The notes under the pieces were generated by a model. That model was given only the letters and a program-made list of their open reading frames with translations. It was not told where the DNA came from and did not search any database. Both the position numbers and the translations under genes were made by a program. This document shows positions 30,014 through 41,092 of a DNA stretch of 64,000 bases, one piece after another. Source of the DNA: a candidate division FCPU426 bacterium (GTDB taxonomy: Bacteria > Oederibacteriota > Muellerivitia > Muellerivitales > Muellerivitaceae); NCBI GenBank assembly GCA_963771075.1, contig CAVYSE010000025.1:1-64000 (forward strand), read 5' to 3'. The stretch's first letter is position 1. Each line of letters opens with the position of its first letter.

Positions 30014-30760
30014 TTAGTTTTTCGGACCCGGTTTGAAACGGCTGAGAATTTCGAGGGTATGTTCCGGATCGCGCACCTCGACGCAATCCACGACCTGGTT
30101 CGCCGGGGCGTCATTGCCACCGGGGCCCAGTTTGTCTCCAAAGAAGAGGCATTCCGAGGGCTTGATCCGGTTTAGCTCCAGGAATTTCCGGATTCCGTAA
30201 GCCTTATCAATTCCTTGGGGGGTAATGTCGATGGAGGTGGTGCCTCCGATTCTTAGGGAGTATCTCTCACCCAATAGGGTCTTAAGGTAAGCGACCCACT
30301 CGCCCCTTTTCGATCCATCCGGGTCCAAGGCCCGCTTGATCTCGTCCGGGGCATGCCGGCCCACCGCCGAGAGCGTGATTTGGGAACCCCGGTCCTGCAA
30401 CTGGTCCTCCCGGGTGGTGAGGGGACGGATGACGAATCGCCGGATAAGGGATTCCAAAGCGGAGAGTATTTCCTTTCGTTCGTCGGGTTTGAATTCCAGT
30501 TTGTACTGTTCCACGAAGCGGGGTTCGGACCCGTCGAATTCCACCTTGAAGTATTGGGCGCCGGACGCCGGCAGGAGGTGGTGAGGTACGCCCAGGAAGG
30601 GGCTGATCTGGTCGGAGATCTGTTTGAGGCTGCTGCCGCTGATGAAGGCGAAGTGGCATCCGCCCTTGATTAAACGGGAAATTTCCGAGGCCATCGCCGG
30701 GGCCATGGGCTGAGTGCTGGGACAAACCGTATCGTCCACATCGGTGATGATGGTCAGCAT
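30014..30760 (-). CDS. HAD-IIB hydrolase, eukaryotic phosphomannomutase-like
   Basis: DVDDT, ISGS, DRGSQITLS, IGGTTSIDI, DKAYG, FFGDKLGPGGND motifs. Confidence 0.8.
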   Translation of the reverse strand: MLTIITDVDDTVCPSTQPMAPAMASEISRLIKGGCHFAFISGSSLKQISDQISPFLGVPHHLLPASGAQYFKVEFDGSEPRFVEQYKLEFKPDERKEILSALESLIRRFVIRPLTTREDQLQDRGSQITLSAVGRHAPDEIKRALDPDGSKRGEWVAYLKTLLGERYSLRIGGTTSIDITPQGIDKAYGIRKFLELNRIKPSECLFFGDKLGPGGNDAPANQVVDCVEVRDPEHTLEILSRFKPGPKN

Positions 30761-30913
30761 GGCCCGCCTTTAAGGTTGGTTTAATAACTGGACGAAAACA
30801 CCTCTCGCCATTGGGACACAAGGGAAAATATAGTTTCAAGATAGAATGCTGGCAATCCCAAAAAGTTTGCCCTGTTTCTTTGTGCCTCCGTGGCTAAAAA
30901 GGTTTTTTCCAGT

Positions 30914-31912
30914 TTATCTGTCCAGCTTTTCGGAGACCTTGGGTTTTCCCTCCATCTGGTCCAAATAATTATCCTGGTAAACCTTGTTCCGACCCTCCAG
31001 CCATTCGTCGCAGTAGGGGCAAACCGAGCTCTGGTCCCCCCAGTTTTCCAATTGTTGCTTAAATTCCTCCGCCTCTTTTTGGAGCCCCAGCCGCAAACTC
31101 AGGTCATAGCAATTGGCCATGGCTCCAAAACTATCGGTATGGGCCTTGAGGTAATTTTCGAAATAGGCCAGCACCTTGGCGCATTGGGCGTCGGGGGTGT
31201 GGACCGGATCGTAATTCCGGACCTGGTCCAGGTACTCCTCCTGTCCTTCCGTGAATTTCTTTCCATCCCAAAGGTAGGGCCTGCCGTAGTAGATGGCGCA
31301 ATCCTCGCAGGGGTTGATCAAGGCTCGTTCGTAATCCACCATCAACGGCTTGCCGTCCTGGGTGGAAACCCGCGGGCCCATCCCGTTGGAGGCGATGCGG
31401 GTCAAGGGATGGAAAACCCCGTCCGGTCCCAGTGACAAGATGCTCGCGATCTGGGTCGCGCCCTCGGAGGAATAAAGCACCAACTGGTCCTTTCCCTCGC
31501 CGGTCAGGTCCGCCCCCTCGAAACCCACATAATGCTTGCCCTCAACCAGTTGAACCTGGAGAAGTTTCCAGGCATCGCCGGTCTTATGGAAATAAGCGAA
31601 CCCCGCGCCGGTGTCTTCCACCAGCTGTTTTTCTCCGTTGTAGACCAGCCCCTTGTCCTGGTAGCCGGAGAGACCGATCATCACGTCGGTCTTATCCGTC
31701 CCGGTGAAGTTATGGTAGGCGACCCCCGAAACGTTCCAAAAAGCCTTCCGGGTGGCGGGATATTTCTTGTTGAGGGTATCCGTCATCTGGGTCAGGTTGA
31801 TCTCGCCGAAGGCGATCAGGTTGGCCGCCGTCTCATCCACGGCCCGGGCGAAGCCCGGAGCGAGGAGGCTAGCGATACAAAGAGAAAGCAGTAGGATGCG
31901 ATGGGGTTTCAT
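30914..31912 (-). CDS. Secreted hypothetical protein
   Basis: Signal peptide MKPHRILLLSL...ARA; FG-GAP-like DLTGEGKDQ loop; CxxC pairs. Confidence 0.7.
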   Translation of the reverse strand: MKPHRILLLSLCIASLLAPGFARAVDETAANLIAFGEINLTQMTDTLNKKYPATRKAFWNVSGVAYHNFTGTDKTDVMIGLSGYQDKGLVYNGEKQLVEDTGAGFAYFHKTGDAWKLLQVQLVEGKHYVGFEGADLTGEGKDQLVLYSSEGATQIASILSLGPDGVFHPLTRIASNGMGPRVSTQDGKPLMVDYERALINPCEDCAIYYGRPYLWDGKKFTEGQEEYLDQVRNYDPVHTPDAQCAKVLAYFENYLKAHTDSFGAMANCYDLSLRLGLQKEAEEFKQQLENWGDQSSVCPYCDEWLEGRNKVYQDNYLDQMEGKPKVSEKLDR

Positions 31913-31934
31913 GGGACTCCAGTAAAAACAGCTA

Positions 31935-32032
31935 ATAGTCGACAGTCGACGGTCGACAGCTAACACAAAGATAGTCGACGGTCGGCTGCTTTTCGTCTGG
32001 CCGCCGACTGGGAACTGTGGACTGTCGACTAT
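31935..32032. repeat. 7-bp tandem gtcgac(a/g) repeats forming a long hairpin
   Basis: atagtcgacagtcgacggtcgacag ... ctgtggactgtcgactat. Confidence 0.65.
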
Positions 32033-32034
32033 TT

Positions 32035-33346
32035 TTAGACGCCCTTGGCTTTTAATTGGGCCGCCAGTTCCTCATACCCCTTTTTTCCCAGCAGGGCGAA
32101 CATGTTCTTCTTGTAGGCCTCGACCCCCGGCTGGTCGAAGGGATTGACCCCGAGCAGGGTGCCCGAAAGGCCGCAGGCCATCTCGTAGAAATAGAAGAGA
32201 TACCCCAGGTTGAACTCATTGATGGAATCCAGGGTCAAGCGGATGACCGGCAGTCCCCCATCCTTGTGCGCCACGGCGGTGCCCCGCATGGCCTGCTCGT
32301 TCACCCACGAAAGCTTCCTGCCGGCCAGGAAGTTCAAGCCTTCCCGGTCCTCCGGGTCCTTGGGAACGGTCACATCCTCGTTTTCCTTGGCGACCCAGAG
32401 GATGGTTTCCAACAGGTCGCGGCGGCCCTCCTGAAGGTACTGGCCCATGCTGTGCAGGTCGGTGGTCAGGTCCACGCTGGCGGGGAAGATGCCCTTCCCT
32501 TCCTTGCCTTCCGACTCGCCGTAAAGCTGCTTCCACCATTCCCCGACGTAATGCAGTTCCGGGCCGGAAATTGGCGAGCACCTCGATGGTCTTTCCCTTC
32601 TGGTAAAGGAGGAAACGGGCGGCCGCGTAGCGGGCGGCGGGATTCTTGGCCATGTCGGCCAACTGGCAGTCCTTGGCGGCCGCCTGGGCTCCCTTCAGCA
32701 GTTGGGAGATATCGAAACCGGCGATGGCGATGGGCAAGAGGCCGACCGGGGTCAGGACCGAATAACGCCCCCCCACGTCGTCGGGGATCACGAAGGTCGC
32801 GTAGCCTTCCTGGTCGGCCATTCCCTTCAAGGCACCCTTCGCCTGGTCGGTCACGGCCACGATGCGTTTGCGGGCTTTCTTGGCCCCTACTTTTTTCTCC
32901 ACCCAGGTTTTCAGGATGCGGAAGGCCACGGCCGGCTCGGTCGTGGTGCCCGATTTGGAAACCACGCAGATTCCCGTCTTCTTCGGGCTCAGGGTGTCGA
33001 GCAGTTTGGAGAAACCGGTGGGGGAAAGATGGTGGCCGGCGTAATGGATTTTTTCCGACCCGCCCAGGGCCTCAATCGTGGCCTTGGTTCCCAGGTACGA
33101 ACCGCCGATACCCACGCAAACCACGCTTTCCAGGTCCTCGAAGGCCTTGGCCGCCTTTTGGATGGCGGTCAGCTGTTTTTGCGCGTCGAAGGGCAGCTTA
33201 ATCCACCCCAGGAAGTCCGACCCGCGGCCGGATTTATTAAGGAGTGAATCCAGCGCGGCCTTGACCTGCGGGGCCAAGGCGGTCATTTGGGATTCGGGTA
33301 CCACGTCGTTTATGTAGGAAAAATCCAATCGCAGGGTCTGAGGCAT
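32035..33346 (-). CDS. pgi: Glucose-6-phosphate isomerase; +1 frameshift near 32562
   Basis: [41 protein letters not shown] motifs; removing one C gives [20 protein letters not shown]. Confidence 0.93.
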
Positions 33347-33531
33347 GGGGCGTCTCCTAATCGAAATGGGTGGGTTTGGATGGGCAGAAACAGTCCCTGA
33401 TTTAATCCCCTCCGGGGATTTCTTTCAAGGAAACTTTTCCGTTCTTAGCGGGCTGATTTCTTCCATGGAACGGGTGACAAGGTCAAGGATCATGGGGCGC
33501 ATAATGGGTTCGGGATGTCTCATCATCATCA

Positions 33532-35013
33532 TTATTTTTCCAGGTTTCGCACGTACAGGTCCAACCCTTCCGTAGCCACGCTTGAGGTGAAATTCACCTT
33601 CATGTAATCCTGGTCCAGTTCCTGGAGAAGCCAATCGGGGGGGGGCAAAACCTGGGGGGAGCGGGATAGGACGCAGTATTGGGGAGGATCGTTCTCGAAC
33701 CTGCCCTCCGCGTCATTCGCGTCCTGGGTTAGGAACCTTAAATGATTGATCACGGGGGTGCGCGCCACCGCCATGGGCAGTCCCGCATAGGCATAGAGGG
33801 AAGGCTCACAGGCCCAGCAAAAAAGCCGGTCGCCCGGTCCCGCGTTTTGCCGGATCAAGACTCCCATTTCCTTATCCGCCACATAGCGGGAGGTGGCGTA
33901 CTGGCAGTGTGAAAAGATCTTTTCTCCCACGCCGCCCAGGTTGAGCCAAGTGGCCAGGGCTACCCCTAAGGCCCAGCCGCAAAAAATTCCCGTTCGGAGG
34001 ATTCTTCGCTTCACCCCATCCTGAAACCCATAGGCCAAGGCCAGGCTGACCGGAGGTAAAAGCGCGATGAAATAATAGGAAAAGAAATAGGCGCTCAAGA
34101 AACAGGAAGCCAAGGCGCCTAAAAACCAAACCCCCAGGAAAAACCGGGGGGAGGGGGGGGCGGGCGCTGGGTGCTTCAGCGCGACGAAAAGAAGGAGTCC
34201 CAGGACCGGCAACCCATAAACCAGGAGAAAGAGAAGAAGCCACTGGGATTCAAATTGCCGGTAGGGCTGGGAATGCAGGAAAAAATCCCAACTGCCTGAA
34301 ACGTAATAATGATTGAACCGGGAGAAAGCGTTCCAGAACTCGGGAAAACGCCCATCCAGAAAAATCGGGAGAAGAACGAGAAAGCAGGAAAGGATCGCGC
34401 CGCCCGCCCATAGGGCCATCTTGCGGATTTCCCTCAAATTCGAGACCGCCAGGAAGGCGGGCAAAACAAGCGCGACGCTTTGTTTGGTTAAAAAGGAAAA
34501 GGCGAAAAGGGCCCCGGACAAAAAGAGGAAACCTCCCTGGGGGGAATGGGCGAGAACCAGGGCGGCGAGCAGGAAAGGCAGGCCCAGCAGATCGGCTTCC
34601 GCCGACCAGGGCTGGAGCAGGGCGGGAAAAAGGAACAAGGCGTAAACGAAGGCCGCGGCCCATGAAGCCGCCCGGTCATAACCCAGCCGGCGGCCCAAAG
34701 CGGCCAGCAGAATCGCGTTGAGGATATGGATGAAGCCGACGTATATCCGCAGGTGAACCTCATCCAAGGGCATGGCTCGCCCCAAAAGAAAATACTGGAG
34801 GAAAAGCCCGGGCGGTTTGTGGTCCCACAGGTCCCGGTAAAGGCGAAGGTCCTTCCCCATTTGAAGGGCGTAAAAACCGTAAAACCCCTCGTTATCGCCC
34901 AAGGGATAGGAGAGGCGGGGTTGGAGGGACAGGAAAACCAGGATTCCCAACGCGAGGATAGACAGAAAATTCCAGGCGCCCAGATGGCCCGGGCCCCCTT
35001 TTTCCTGCGTCAT
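33532..35013 (-). CDS. ArnT/PMT-like GT-C membrane glycosyltransferase
   Basis: [20 protein letters not shown] and YYFIALLPP motifs; many TM segments. Confidence 0.75.
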   Translation of the reverse strand: MTQEKGGPGHLGAWNFLSILALGILVFLSLQPRLSYPLGDNEGFYGFYALQMGKDLRLYRDLWDHKPPGLFLQYFLLGRAMPLDEVHLRIYVGFIHILNAILLAALGRRLGYDRAASWAAAFVYALFLFPALLQPWSAEADLLGLPFLLAALVLAHSPQGGFLFLSGALFAFSFLTKQSVALVLPAFLAVSNLREIRKMALWAGGAILSCFLVLLPIFLDGRFPEFWNAFSRFNHYYVSGSWDFFLHSQPYRQFESQWLLLFLLVYGLPVLGLLLFVALKHPAPAPPSPRFFLGVWFLGALASCFLSAYFFSYYFIALLPPVSLALAYGFQDGVKRRILRTGIFCGWALGVALATWLNLGGVGEKIFSHCQYATSRYVADKEMGVLIRQNAGPGDRLFCWACEPSLYAYAGLPMAVARTPVINHLRFLTQDANDAEGRFENDPPQYCVLSRSPQVLPPPDWLLQELDQDYMKVNFTSSVATEGLDLYVRNLEK

Positions 35014-36674
35014 TGCGTCTTGAAATGTTCCACCATTTGCCGGAGTTCCTCGGCCATGGCGGAAAGTTCTTTGAAAGTGGCGGTCACCTGCTCCATGCTG
35101 GCCGTCTGTTCCTCGGTGGAGGCCGAGACCTCCTCCGTGGAGGCCGCCGATTCCTCTGAGACCGCATTGATGTCCTGGATGCTGGTGATAATCTTGCCGT
35201 AGCGCTGGTTCTGGACGGCGGTCAGGTCGGTGATGCTTTTGGTGAAGATCACCACGTTCTCAATCACCTCCACGATCTCATCCAGGGAACGTTCCATTTT
35301 CTTGATGCCTTCCCGGCTGACCTGGATCTCGTTGGCACTTTTTTCCATGGATTGCACGGCTTGCTGGGTATCGTTCTGGATCTCCTGGATGAGGTTGCCG
35401 ATCTCGTCGGTAGCCTTGCCCACCCGGTCCGCCAGGCTGCGGATCTCATCGGCCACCACGGCGAAACCCTTTCCCTGTTCCCCCGCCCGGGCCGCCTCGA
35501 TGGCGGCGTTGAGGGAAAGCAGGTTGGTCTGCTCGGATATGCCCGAAATGATCTCCACGACCCGGCCGATTTCCTTGCTTTTGGCCCCCAAGTGGTGGAT
35601 ACCCTCGGAATTCTGAAGGATCGTCTCGTTGAGGGTGGTGATCCGGTCAATGGTTCCCCGCGCCAGTTTTCCCCCCGCCTGGGCGGTATGGGTCGCCCGA
35701 TCGACCGCTCCCGCCGCTTCAGCGGCTTTTTTCTCCACTTCCTTCATGGTTTCCTGCATCTCCTGCATCAGGTGATGGACATCGGCGATCTTGGTGGCCT
35801 GGTCTTCCGCTCCCCGGGCGATCTGCTGGATGGTGGTGGAAACATCCTCGCTCATGGCGCTCACTTCCGCCGTGGAAGTGGTCATACCCTGCACCTGTTC
35901 GGATAGTTTTTGGGAATGCTCGCTGACCCGGGATACCATGGCCCGGATCTTTCCGATGAACAAATTGAACTGGGTTGCCAGGTCCCCCACCTCGTCACGG
36001 GATCGGACCTTGATCTGGTAGGTCAGGTCCGCCTCTCCCCGCGCCAGGGCGGTCATTTCGCCGCGGATGGCGTTCAACGGCCCCACCACGAAGTAAACCA
36101 GCAGGGACGTCAACACCAAGGTGACCATGAAGACCGCGATCGCCGCCTTGAGGATGGTTTCAATAATGAAGCTATGGATCTCCTTGTCCACGCTGGAGAG
36201 GGGGATCTCGATCCGGATGCCGCCCACCAGGGAGCCTTGCGCGTCCGTGAGGGTGGAGACGTAGTTCAGGACCATTCCCGAGGGCGTTGGGAGGGACCTC
36301 AGGGTCGGCTCCTTGCGGACCTGCACTTCGTTGATCTCGTGTCGCAGGTCGTCCAGGGACGCGACATAGCTTGGATCGCCCAAGTTATGGACATAGACCT
36401 TGCCCTGCGGGTCAAAAAGCGTAAAAGCATAGATCCCGTATTGGTCGGTCAGTTCCGAGACCAGTTGGGAGAGGGCGTTGAATTTCTCATTCTTGATATC
36501 CCTCGCGAATTCGGGGCTCAGCGCGCGGGTGGTGGTAAGGACCGACTGGATCTGGCGCTTGAAAAGCACCTGGCGCTGGTTGCTTACTTCCAAGTAGGCG
36601 AATATCCCCTCGATCAAAAAGACGCAAAGGGCCACGCAAGAGGCGATTTTAAACCAAAGCTTTCGGGTGATCAA
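35010..36674 (-). CDS. Methyl-accepting chemotaxis protein
   Basis: Two TM segments, HAMP (RDEVGDLA), [31 protein letters not shown]. Confidence 0.95.
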   Translation of the reverse strand: MITRKLWFKIASCVALCVFLIEGIFAYLEVSNQRQVLFKRQIQSVLTTTRALSPEFARDIKNEKFNALSQLVSELTDQYGIYAFTLFDPQGKVYVHNLGDPSYVASLDDLRHEINEVQVRKEPTLRSLPTPSGMVLNYVSTLTDAQGSLVGGIRIEIPLSSVDKEIHSFIIETILKAAIAVFMVTLVLTSLLVYFVVGPLNAIRGEMTALARGEADLTYQIKVRSRDEVGDLATQFNLFIGKIRAMVSRVSEHSQKLSEQVQGMTTSTAEVSAMSEDVSTTIQQIARGAEDQATKIADVHHLMQEMQETMKEVEKKAAEAAGAVDRATHTAQAGGKLARGTIDRITTLNETILQNSEGIHHLGAKSKEIGRVVEIISGISEQTNLLSLNAAIEAARAGEQGKGFAVVADEIRSLADRVGKATDEIGNLIQEIQNDTQQAVQSMEKSANEIQVSREGIKKMERSLDEIVEVIENVVIFTKSITDLTAVQNQRYGKIITSIQDINAVSEESAASTEEVSASTEEQTASMEQVTATFKELSAMAEELRQMVEHFKTQ

Positions 36675-36835
36675 AAGGGGCCTTTCCGATCCGATTCCAA
36701 GCCGGGATTTATTTTAACAGATGAAAACGTCCAAGTATTCACCGCGAAGGCGCGAAGTAACCCATATTTGGAACGACAAAGCCCAAGATCCATTTAAAGC
36801 GGGCGGAACACCCCGGGCTCTCATCCATCGCGGGT

Positions 36836-38062
36836 CTAGTTGGGTCTTTCTTCGGGCCTTCGCGGTTCATCCATTGCTTTTTCCATTGTCTTTCGCGGCT
36901 CGTCCTCGTCCAAAAAGGAGCTCATCATTTCCAGTCCCCGGATGACCGAGGGAAGGACTTCCAGGCATTCGGTCAATTCCCCGCTTTGGGTATGGCGCCC
37001 GAAGCTGAACCGCAGGCCCTGTTTGGCCTCCCGGGAAGTGCGCCCCATGGCCATAAGAACATGGGAAGGGGGCGCGGAGCCGGCCGAGCAGGCGGAGCCG
37101 GAGGAAAGGGCGAAGCCCCTCGCGTCCAGGCTATGCACCAGGGTTTCCCCTTCCAGCCCCGGCAAGGTCACGTTCACGAGGCCCGGCACCCGTTGGCCTG
37201 GATCGGCGGGTCCATTGATCCGGGCGGTTGGAAACATTTCCAAAAGGCGGGATTGAAAGTCGCGGACCAAGGCCCTCAACCGGTCCGGCTCAACCCGATC
37301 CGCGCAAATCCGTTTGGCGGCCTCGGCGAGCCCCACGATACCCGCCACGTTTTCCGTGCCCCCCCGCCGGTCCCTTTCCTGGCCTCCCCCCTGGAGCAAC
37401 GGCACCAGTTCCAGTCCCTTGCGCTGGTAGAAAAAACCGGTCCCTTTCGGGCCGTAGATCTTGTGCGCCGAGACGGAAAGAAAATCGATGGATTGTTTTT
37501 CCAGGTCCAGGGGGATCTTGCCGTAGGCTTGGACCGCGTCGGTATGAAAGAGAACCTGATAGCTTCGGGCGATATCCCCGATCTCGCCCAAGGGCTGGAT
37601 CGTCCCGACTTCGTTGTTGGCGGCCATGATGGATATGAGGAAGGTCTCGCCCGGCCGGATGGCCTTTTCGACCTCCCGGGGATTGACCCGGCCCTGGGAA
37701 TCCACGCCCACCGCCGTCACGCTGAAACCGTGGTGGGTCAGATAGTCCACGCTTTCCAGGGCGCAATTGTGCTCAATGTTGGAAATGATCAAATGGCGGG
37801 ATCGGGATGGAGAAGCATAGGCCGCCCCCTTGAGGATCGTGTTCACCGATTCTGTCGCGCCCGAGGTGAAGACGATTTCCTTGGGGTCGCAAGCGAGGGT
37901 CTGGGCCACGGTCTCGCGGGACCGCTCCACCGCCGCCCTGGCCTCCCGGCCGTAACGATGCACGCTGGAGGGATTCCCGAAATCCTCCGTCAGGTAGGGC
38001 CGCATAGCCTCCAGGACCTTTTCATCCAGGGGCGTGGTGGCGGCATGGTCGAAATAATGCAT
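36836..38062 (-). CDS. iscS: Cysteine desulfurase (IscS/NifS type)
   Basis: YFDHAATT, GNPSS, FTSGATES, HTDAVQ, SAHKIYGPKG, SSGSAC motifs. Confidence 0.9.
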   Translation of the reverse strand: MHYFDHAATTPLDEKVLEAMRPYLTEDFGNPSSVHRYGREARAAVERSRETVAQTLACDPKEIVFTSGATESVNTILKGAAYASPSRSRHLIISNIEHNCALESVDYLTHHGFSVTAVGVDSQGRVNPREVEKAIRPGETFLISIMAANNEVGTIQPLGEIGDIARSYQVLFHTDAVQAYGKIPLDLEKQSIDFLSVSAHKIYGPKGTGFFYQRKGLELVPLLQGGGQERDRRGGTENVAGIVGLAEAAKRICADRVEPDRLRALVRDFQSRLLEMFPTARINGPADPGQRVPGLVNVTLPGLEGETLVHSLDARGFALSSGSACSAGSAPPSHVLMAMGRTSREAKQGLRFSFGRHTQSGELTECLEVLPSVIRGLEMMSSFLDEDEPRKTMEKAMDEPRRPEERPN

Positions 38063-38322
38063 GTTTATCCCCGTCTCAAGTTGGGCGCCAGTTTAACAGG
38101 GGGACAACCCAATTTCCCCTTTGAATACCAAAACCCAACTATCCCTGTTCTTTCTCAATTCTTTTAAGGAAACGGAAGTCTTTCACAACAATATTTGTAA
38201 AGGTTAACCCTTTTAAAACCGTTCTTTTATCGATTCTGAAAATTGCCTAAAAACATTTTCTGTGCAATCCCTTGGCTGGTAAACTTAATCCCTAATCGAT
38301 TTATGTTTCTCAAGGAGGATTT

Positions 38323-39087
38323 ATGAAAGGCTTGATTGGACTTTTAATTCTTTCCATGTTTGCCATTTCCTGCGGTAGTAGTAACAGCCCTACTTCCTCA
38401 AACAATAACCCAACCAACTACAATCCTTATTCCAGTCTCCTCCCTCCCACCGGCAACTATGTCCTTGGCGTTCTGGCCGGAAGCGTTATCAATTCCGGAA
38501 GTGGACCGACAACGAGCTTTAGCAGCGCCTTGGTGGAAATCGCCTGCAACCAGCAGCCCGTGACCGGCGCCACGGTGGTGTTAACCGCCCCTAGCGGTCC
38601 GGTGACCCTTCCCTTTTCATACGGAATAACCTTTACCTACAACGGGACTAATTATGGCTTCGCTGATTACGATATCTATTCTCCCGCGATGGCCTATACC
38701 CCTGGATCCACCTATACTTTGAGCGTCATTGATCCCTTGGGTTCTGTTTCCGCCTCGATGCCTGCACCCGGCGGGGTCGCTTGGTCAGGCGCGATTACGA
38801 CCACCTTGAAAGCCACCGCCGCTTATCCGGGAAACTATGATTCCGCGATCGTTGAGGAAGCTTCCCCGAACCCGGGTCTCATCTATACTTCCTTGACCAC
38901 CAGCGTCGGAAACCCCTTCAGCTACCCCACGACGGCTTTTTCGGTCGCATCCTCCCCCGCTACCTTTGACGTAACTTACAGCGCGGCGACCACCCAATTT
39001 GCCTTTAGCGGATCAGTCGCATCCGGATCGGCCTTCGTCTGGGACCAAACCACCACCAATATGTTCAATCATAGCTGTCTGAATTAG
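38323..39087 (+). CDS. Ser/Thr-rich lipoprotein; last codons supplied by IS4
   Basis: AAGGAGG RBS; lipobox FAISC; the pre-insertion end would be ...NMFNK*. Confidence 0.8.
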   Translation: MKGLIGLLILSMFAISCGSSNSPTSSNNNPTNYNPYSSLLPPTGNYVLGVLAGSVINSGSGPTTSFSSALVEIACNQQPVTGATVVLTAPSGPVTLPFSYGITFTYNGTNYGFADYDIYSPAMAYTPGSTYTLSVIDPLGSVSASMPAPGGVAWSGAITTTLKATAAYPGNYDSAIVEEASPNPGLIYTSLTTSVGNPFSYPTTAFSVASSPATFDVTYSAATTQFAFSGSVASGSAFVWDQTTTNMFNHSCLN

Positions 39088-40342
39088 CCGAAATCAAAAC
39101 CAGCTTGTTTTGTAAGCAGAAAGACTTCCGACGTAGCTTTGAAAGGCTGGTTTAGCCAATCCCACAGGTTTCTACGGCTGAAAAGGTTCGTGGGCAGAAT
39201 ACTGCTCAAGGTATAAAGCGACCAAGCGAATTTCGATTTGAATTTCATGTAGCTGAGCATCAAGTAAGCAATCATGGCAGTCCACAATTGAGACAGCAGG
39301 GCGTTCAAGGAGGTTCCCACGAAGCTTTTAACCTTGAGCTGTTGCTTGAGGGTTTTGAAAAAGAGTTCGATCTGCCAACGGTCTTTGTAGACGGCGGCGA
39401 TGGTGGAAGCGGCCCATTGGAACTGATTGGTAACTAAGACGACTCGTTTTTTTGTTTTGGGATCACGCGCCACTACACGTCGCAGGGGGTAAGGGTATTT
39501 TCGGCGGGTGTTGAAGCCGATCATTCGGATGGTTTGATCCGCCAGGATGTTGGGGTGTTTTTTTTCATGGCGTTCAACCACCCGGAAAGCCGAGTTGGAT
39601 TTGAGACGAGTGACGAAGAAAACGCCTTGTTTTGTGAGGTTTTGGAGAAGGGTGAAATCAAGGTAACCCCGATCCATGACTAGGACATCGCCTTTTTCCA
39701 AGGGAACCAGCGGAAGGATTTTCTTTTCATGCAGCTTGCCGGTGGTTACACGTAGGAAGGTGGGCAGGTAGCCGGAGTGGTTGAACTTCACGTGAAGTTT
39801 GACGGCTCCTTTGGTTTTACGGAACATGGCCCAATCGAATAGTGACAAGCAAAGGCTGATGGTGGAGGCGTCCAGGGAATAGAGGGGATTCTTGAACCTG
39901 AACTTGTGATGGGGTGCCACCGTCTGACATTTGGACAGCATGAGGGAGAACAAGTCCTCAAAAAGGCTGGCGGGACGATGGGCGTTGGCGTAGGACAGGG
40001 TGGGTCGGGAGACGGGTTGGGCACCCATGTGATAGAGGTTGTTCCCTTGTGTGGCGAGCCCGGCTTCAATGCCCCGGAGCGCATCTTGTCCGGCCAGTTG
40101 GCCGTAGAGCATAGCCACAAAGTGGGACCAGGATGTAACGCCTCTTGCGTGGTACTCGGCCTGGTGCTTCAAAACCAGCTTTTGAAATTCATGTCTCGAA
40201 AAAAACTTGAGCATCTGGGAAAGGATTGTGGAAGAATGAGCCAAGGCCGGACCTCCTGGAATAATAAGGGTTTCGCACCCACTTATTATATTTCTCCGGG
40301 TTGGTTAGGCCTTTCTTGTTCGGGCTAATTTAGACACACATG
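39070..40342 (-). mobile_element. IS4-family insertion sequence
   Basis: 9-bp TSD atgttcaat at 39061-39069 and 40343-40351; TIRs catagctgtctgaattagcc / catgtgtgtctaaattagcc. Confidence 0.92.
39084..40244 (-). CDS. IS4-family transposase
   Basis: LDASTI, VKLHV, VMDRGY, YKDRWQIELFFK motifs; paralog of 25585-26868. Confidence 0.92.
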   Translation of the reverse strand: MAHSSTILSQMLKFFSRHEFQKLVLKHQAEYHARGVTSWSHFVAMLYGQLAGQDALRGIEAGLATQGNNLYHMGAQPVSRPTLSYANAHRPASLFEDLFSLMLSKCQTVAPHHKFRFKNPLYSLDASTISLCLSLFDWAMFRKTKGAVKLHVKFNHSGYLPTFLRVTTGKLHEKKILPLVPLEKGDVLVMDRGYLDFTLLQNLTKQGVFFVTRLKSNSAFRVVERHEKKHPNILADQTIRMIGFNTRRKYPYPLRRVVARDPKTKKRVVLVTNQFQWAASTIAAVYKDRWQIELFFKTLKQQLKVKSFVGTSLNALLSQLWTAMIAYLMLSYMKFKSKFAWSLYTLSSILPTNLFSRRNLWDWLNQPFKATSEVFLLTKQAGFDFG

Positions 40343-40371
40343 ATGTTCAATAAATAAATATTCAATCCGGC

Positions 40372-40410
40372 AATAAAGCCTTCCCCTTATTGGGAGAAGG
40401 CTTTATTTAT
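40372..40410. terminator. Probable bidirectional rho-independent terminator
   Basis: aataaagccttc-cccttattggga-gaaggctttatt between convergent genes. Confidence 0.75.
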
Positions 40411-40502
40411 TTCAGGATTTTTAATCTTTGCCGTATATAACTTGGGTGATGTCTGAATCGTGAATGAGGTTAAGGGGCCGCCCTACCCTATCCTTTCAAA
40501 CC

Positions 40503-41090
40503 TCACCCTCGATGCTTTCTCGGGGAATCTTTCGACATCATGAGATGGTCCAGCAAACCCCGCCATTCCACTTCCTGGATTTCCACCAAAAGCCTGTAAA
40601 GGGGACTCGCGGGATTTTCCTTTCGGACCTGATCCACCAGATCCACAAAGGCCTCCGGTTCCCAACCCTTCGACATCTCCATTTTCCTGGCAAGCCCCGC
40701 CAGTTCGGGAATCGGAAGGCGGGCCATCTTCAACATGACCTTTTCATGGATAGCCTGGTGAACCGTTCCAGGAAGCCGCACCCGGTGATACCAATATTTT
40801 GAGTTTCCAGCATCCGGCTCCCGTCGGTGAAGTATGGCGTGGATCCAATTGCCCGCTACGCCTTCATGGTCCTGGGCGATCAAATGCGCCTCCTCAAACC
40901 CGTCGAAATACAAAAAGAAGGCGGCTTTCAAAAGAAGGGAGTTTTCCGGGTCCTGCCCGGTGGTTTCCATCGCAGAGACGGCTTTTAAACCCTCTCGGAA
41001 GGGTTCGCCTCTTTGTAGAAGGTCAAAAGGCCTGGGTTGGCCTTTGGGGACCAGGTCCCTGATCTTTTGAAGCGATGGGATAAAGGACAT
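40503..41090 (-). CDS. Conserved hypothetical helical protein
   Basis: AHLIAQD...HAILHRREPDAGNSKYW motif; ATG at 41090 directly after the upstream stop. Confidence 0.7.
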   Translation of the reverse strand: MSFIPSLQKIRDLVPKGQPRPFDLLQRGEPFREGLKAVSAMETTGQDPENSLLLKAAFFLYFDGFEEAHLIAQDHEGVAGNWIHAILHRREPDAGNSKYWYHRVRLPGTVHQAIHEKVMLKMARLPIPELAGLARKMEMSKGWEPEAFVDLVDQVRKENPASPLYRLLVEIQEVEWRGLLDHLMMSKDSPRKHRG

Positions 41091-41092
41091 CG

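Noticed and set aside
33425..33535. Small [12 protein letters not shown]... or a run of tandem stops TAA-TGA-TGA-TGA-TGA
   Set aside because: No recognisable homology; a short (atg)n microsatellite explains it equally well
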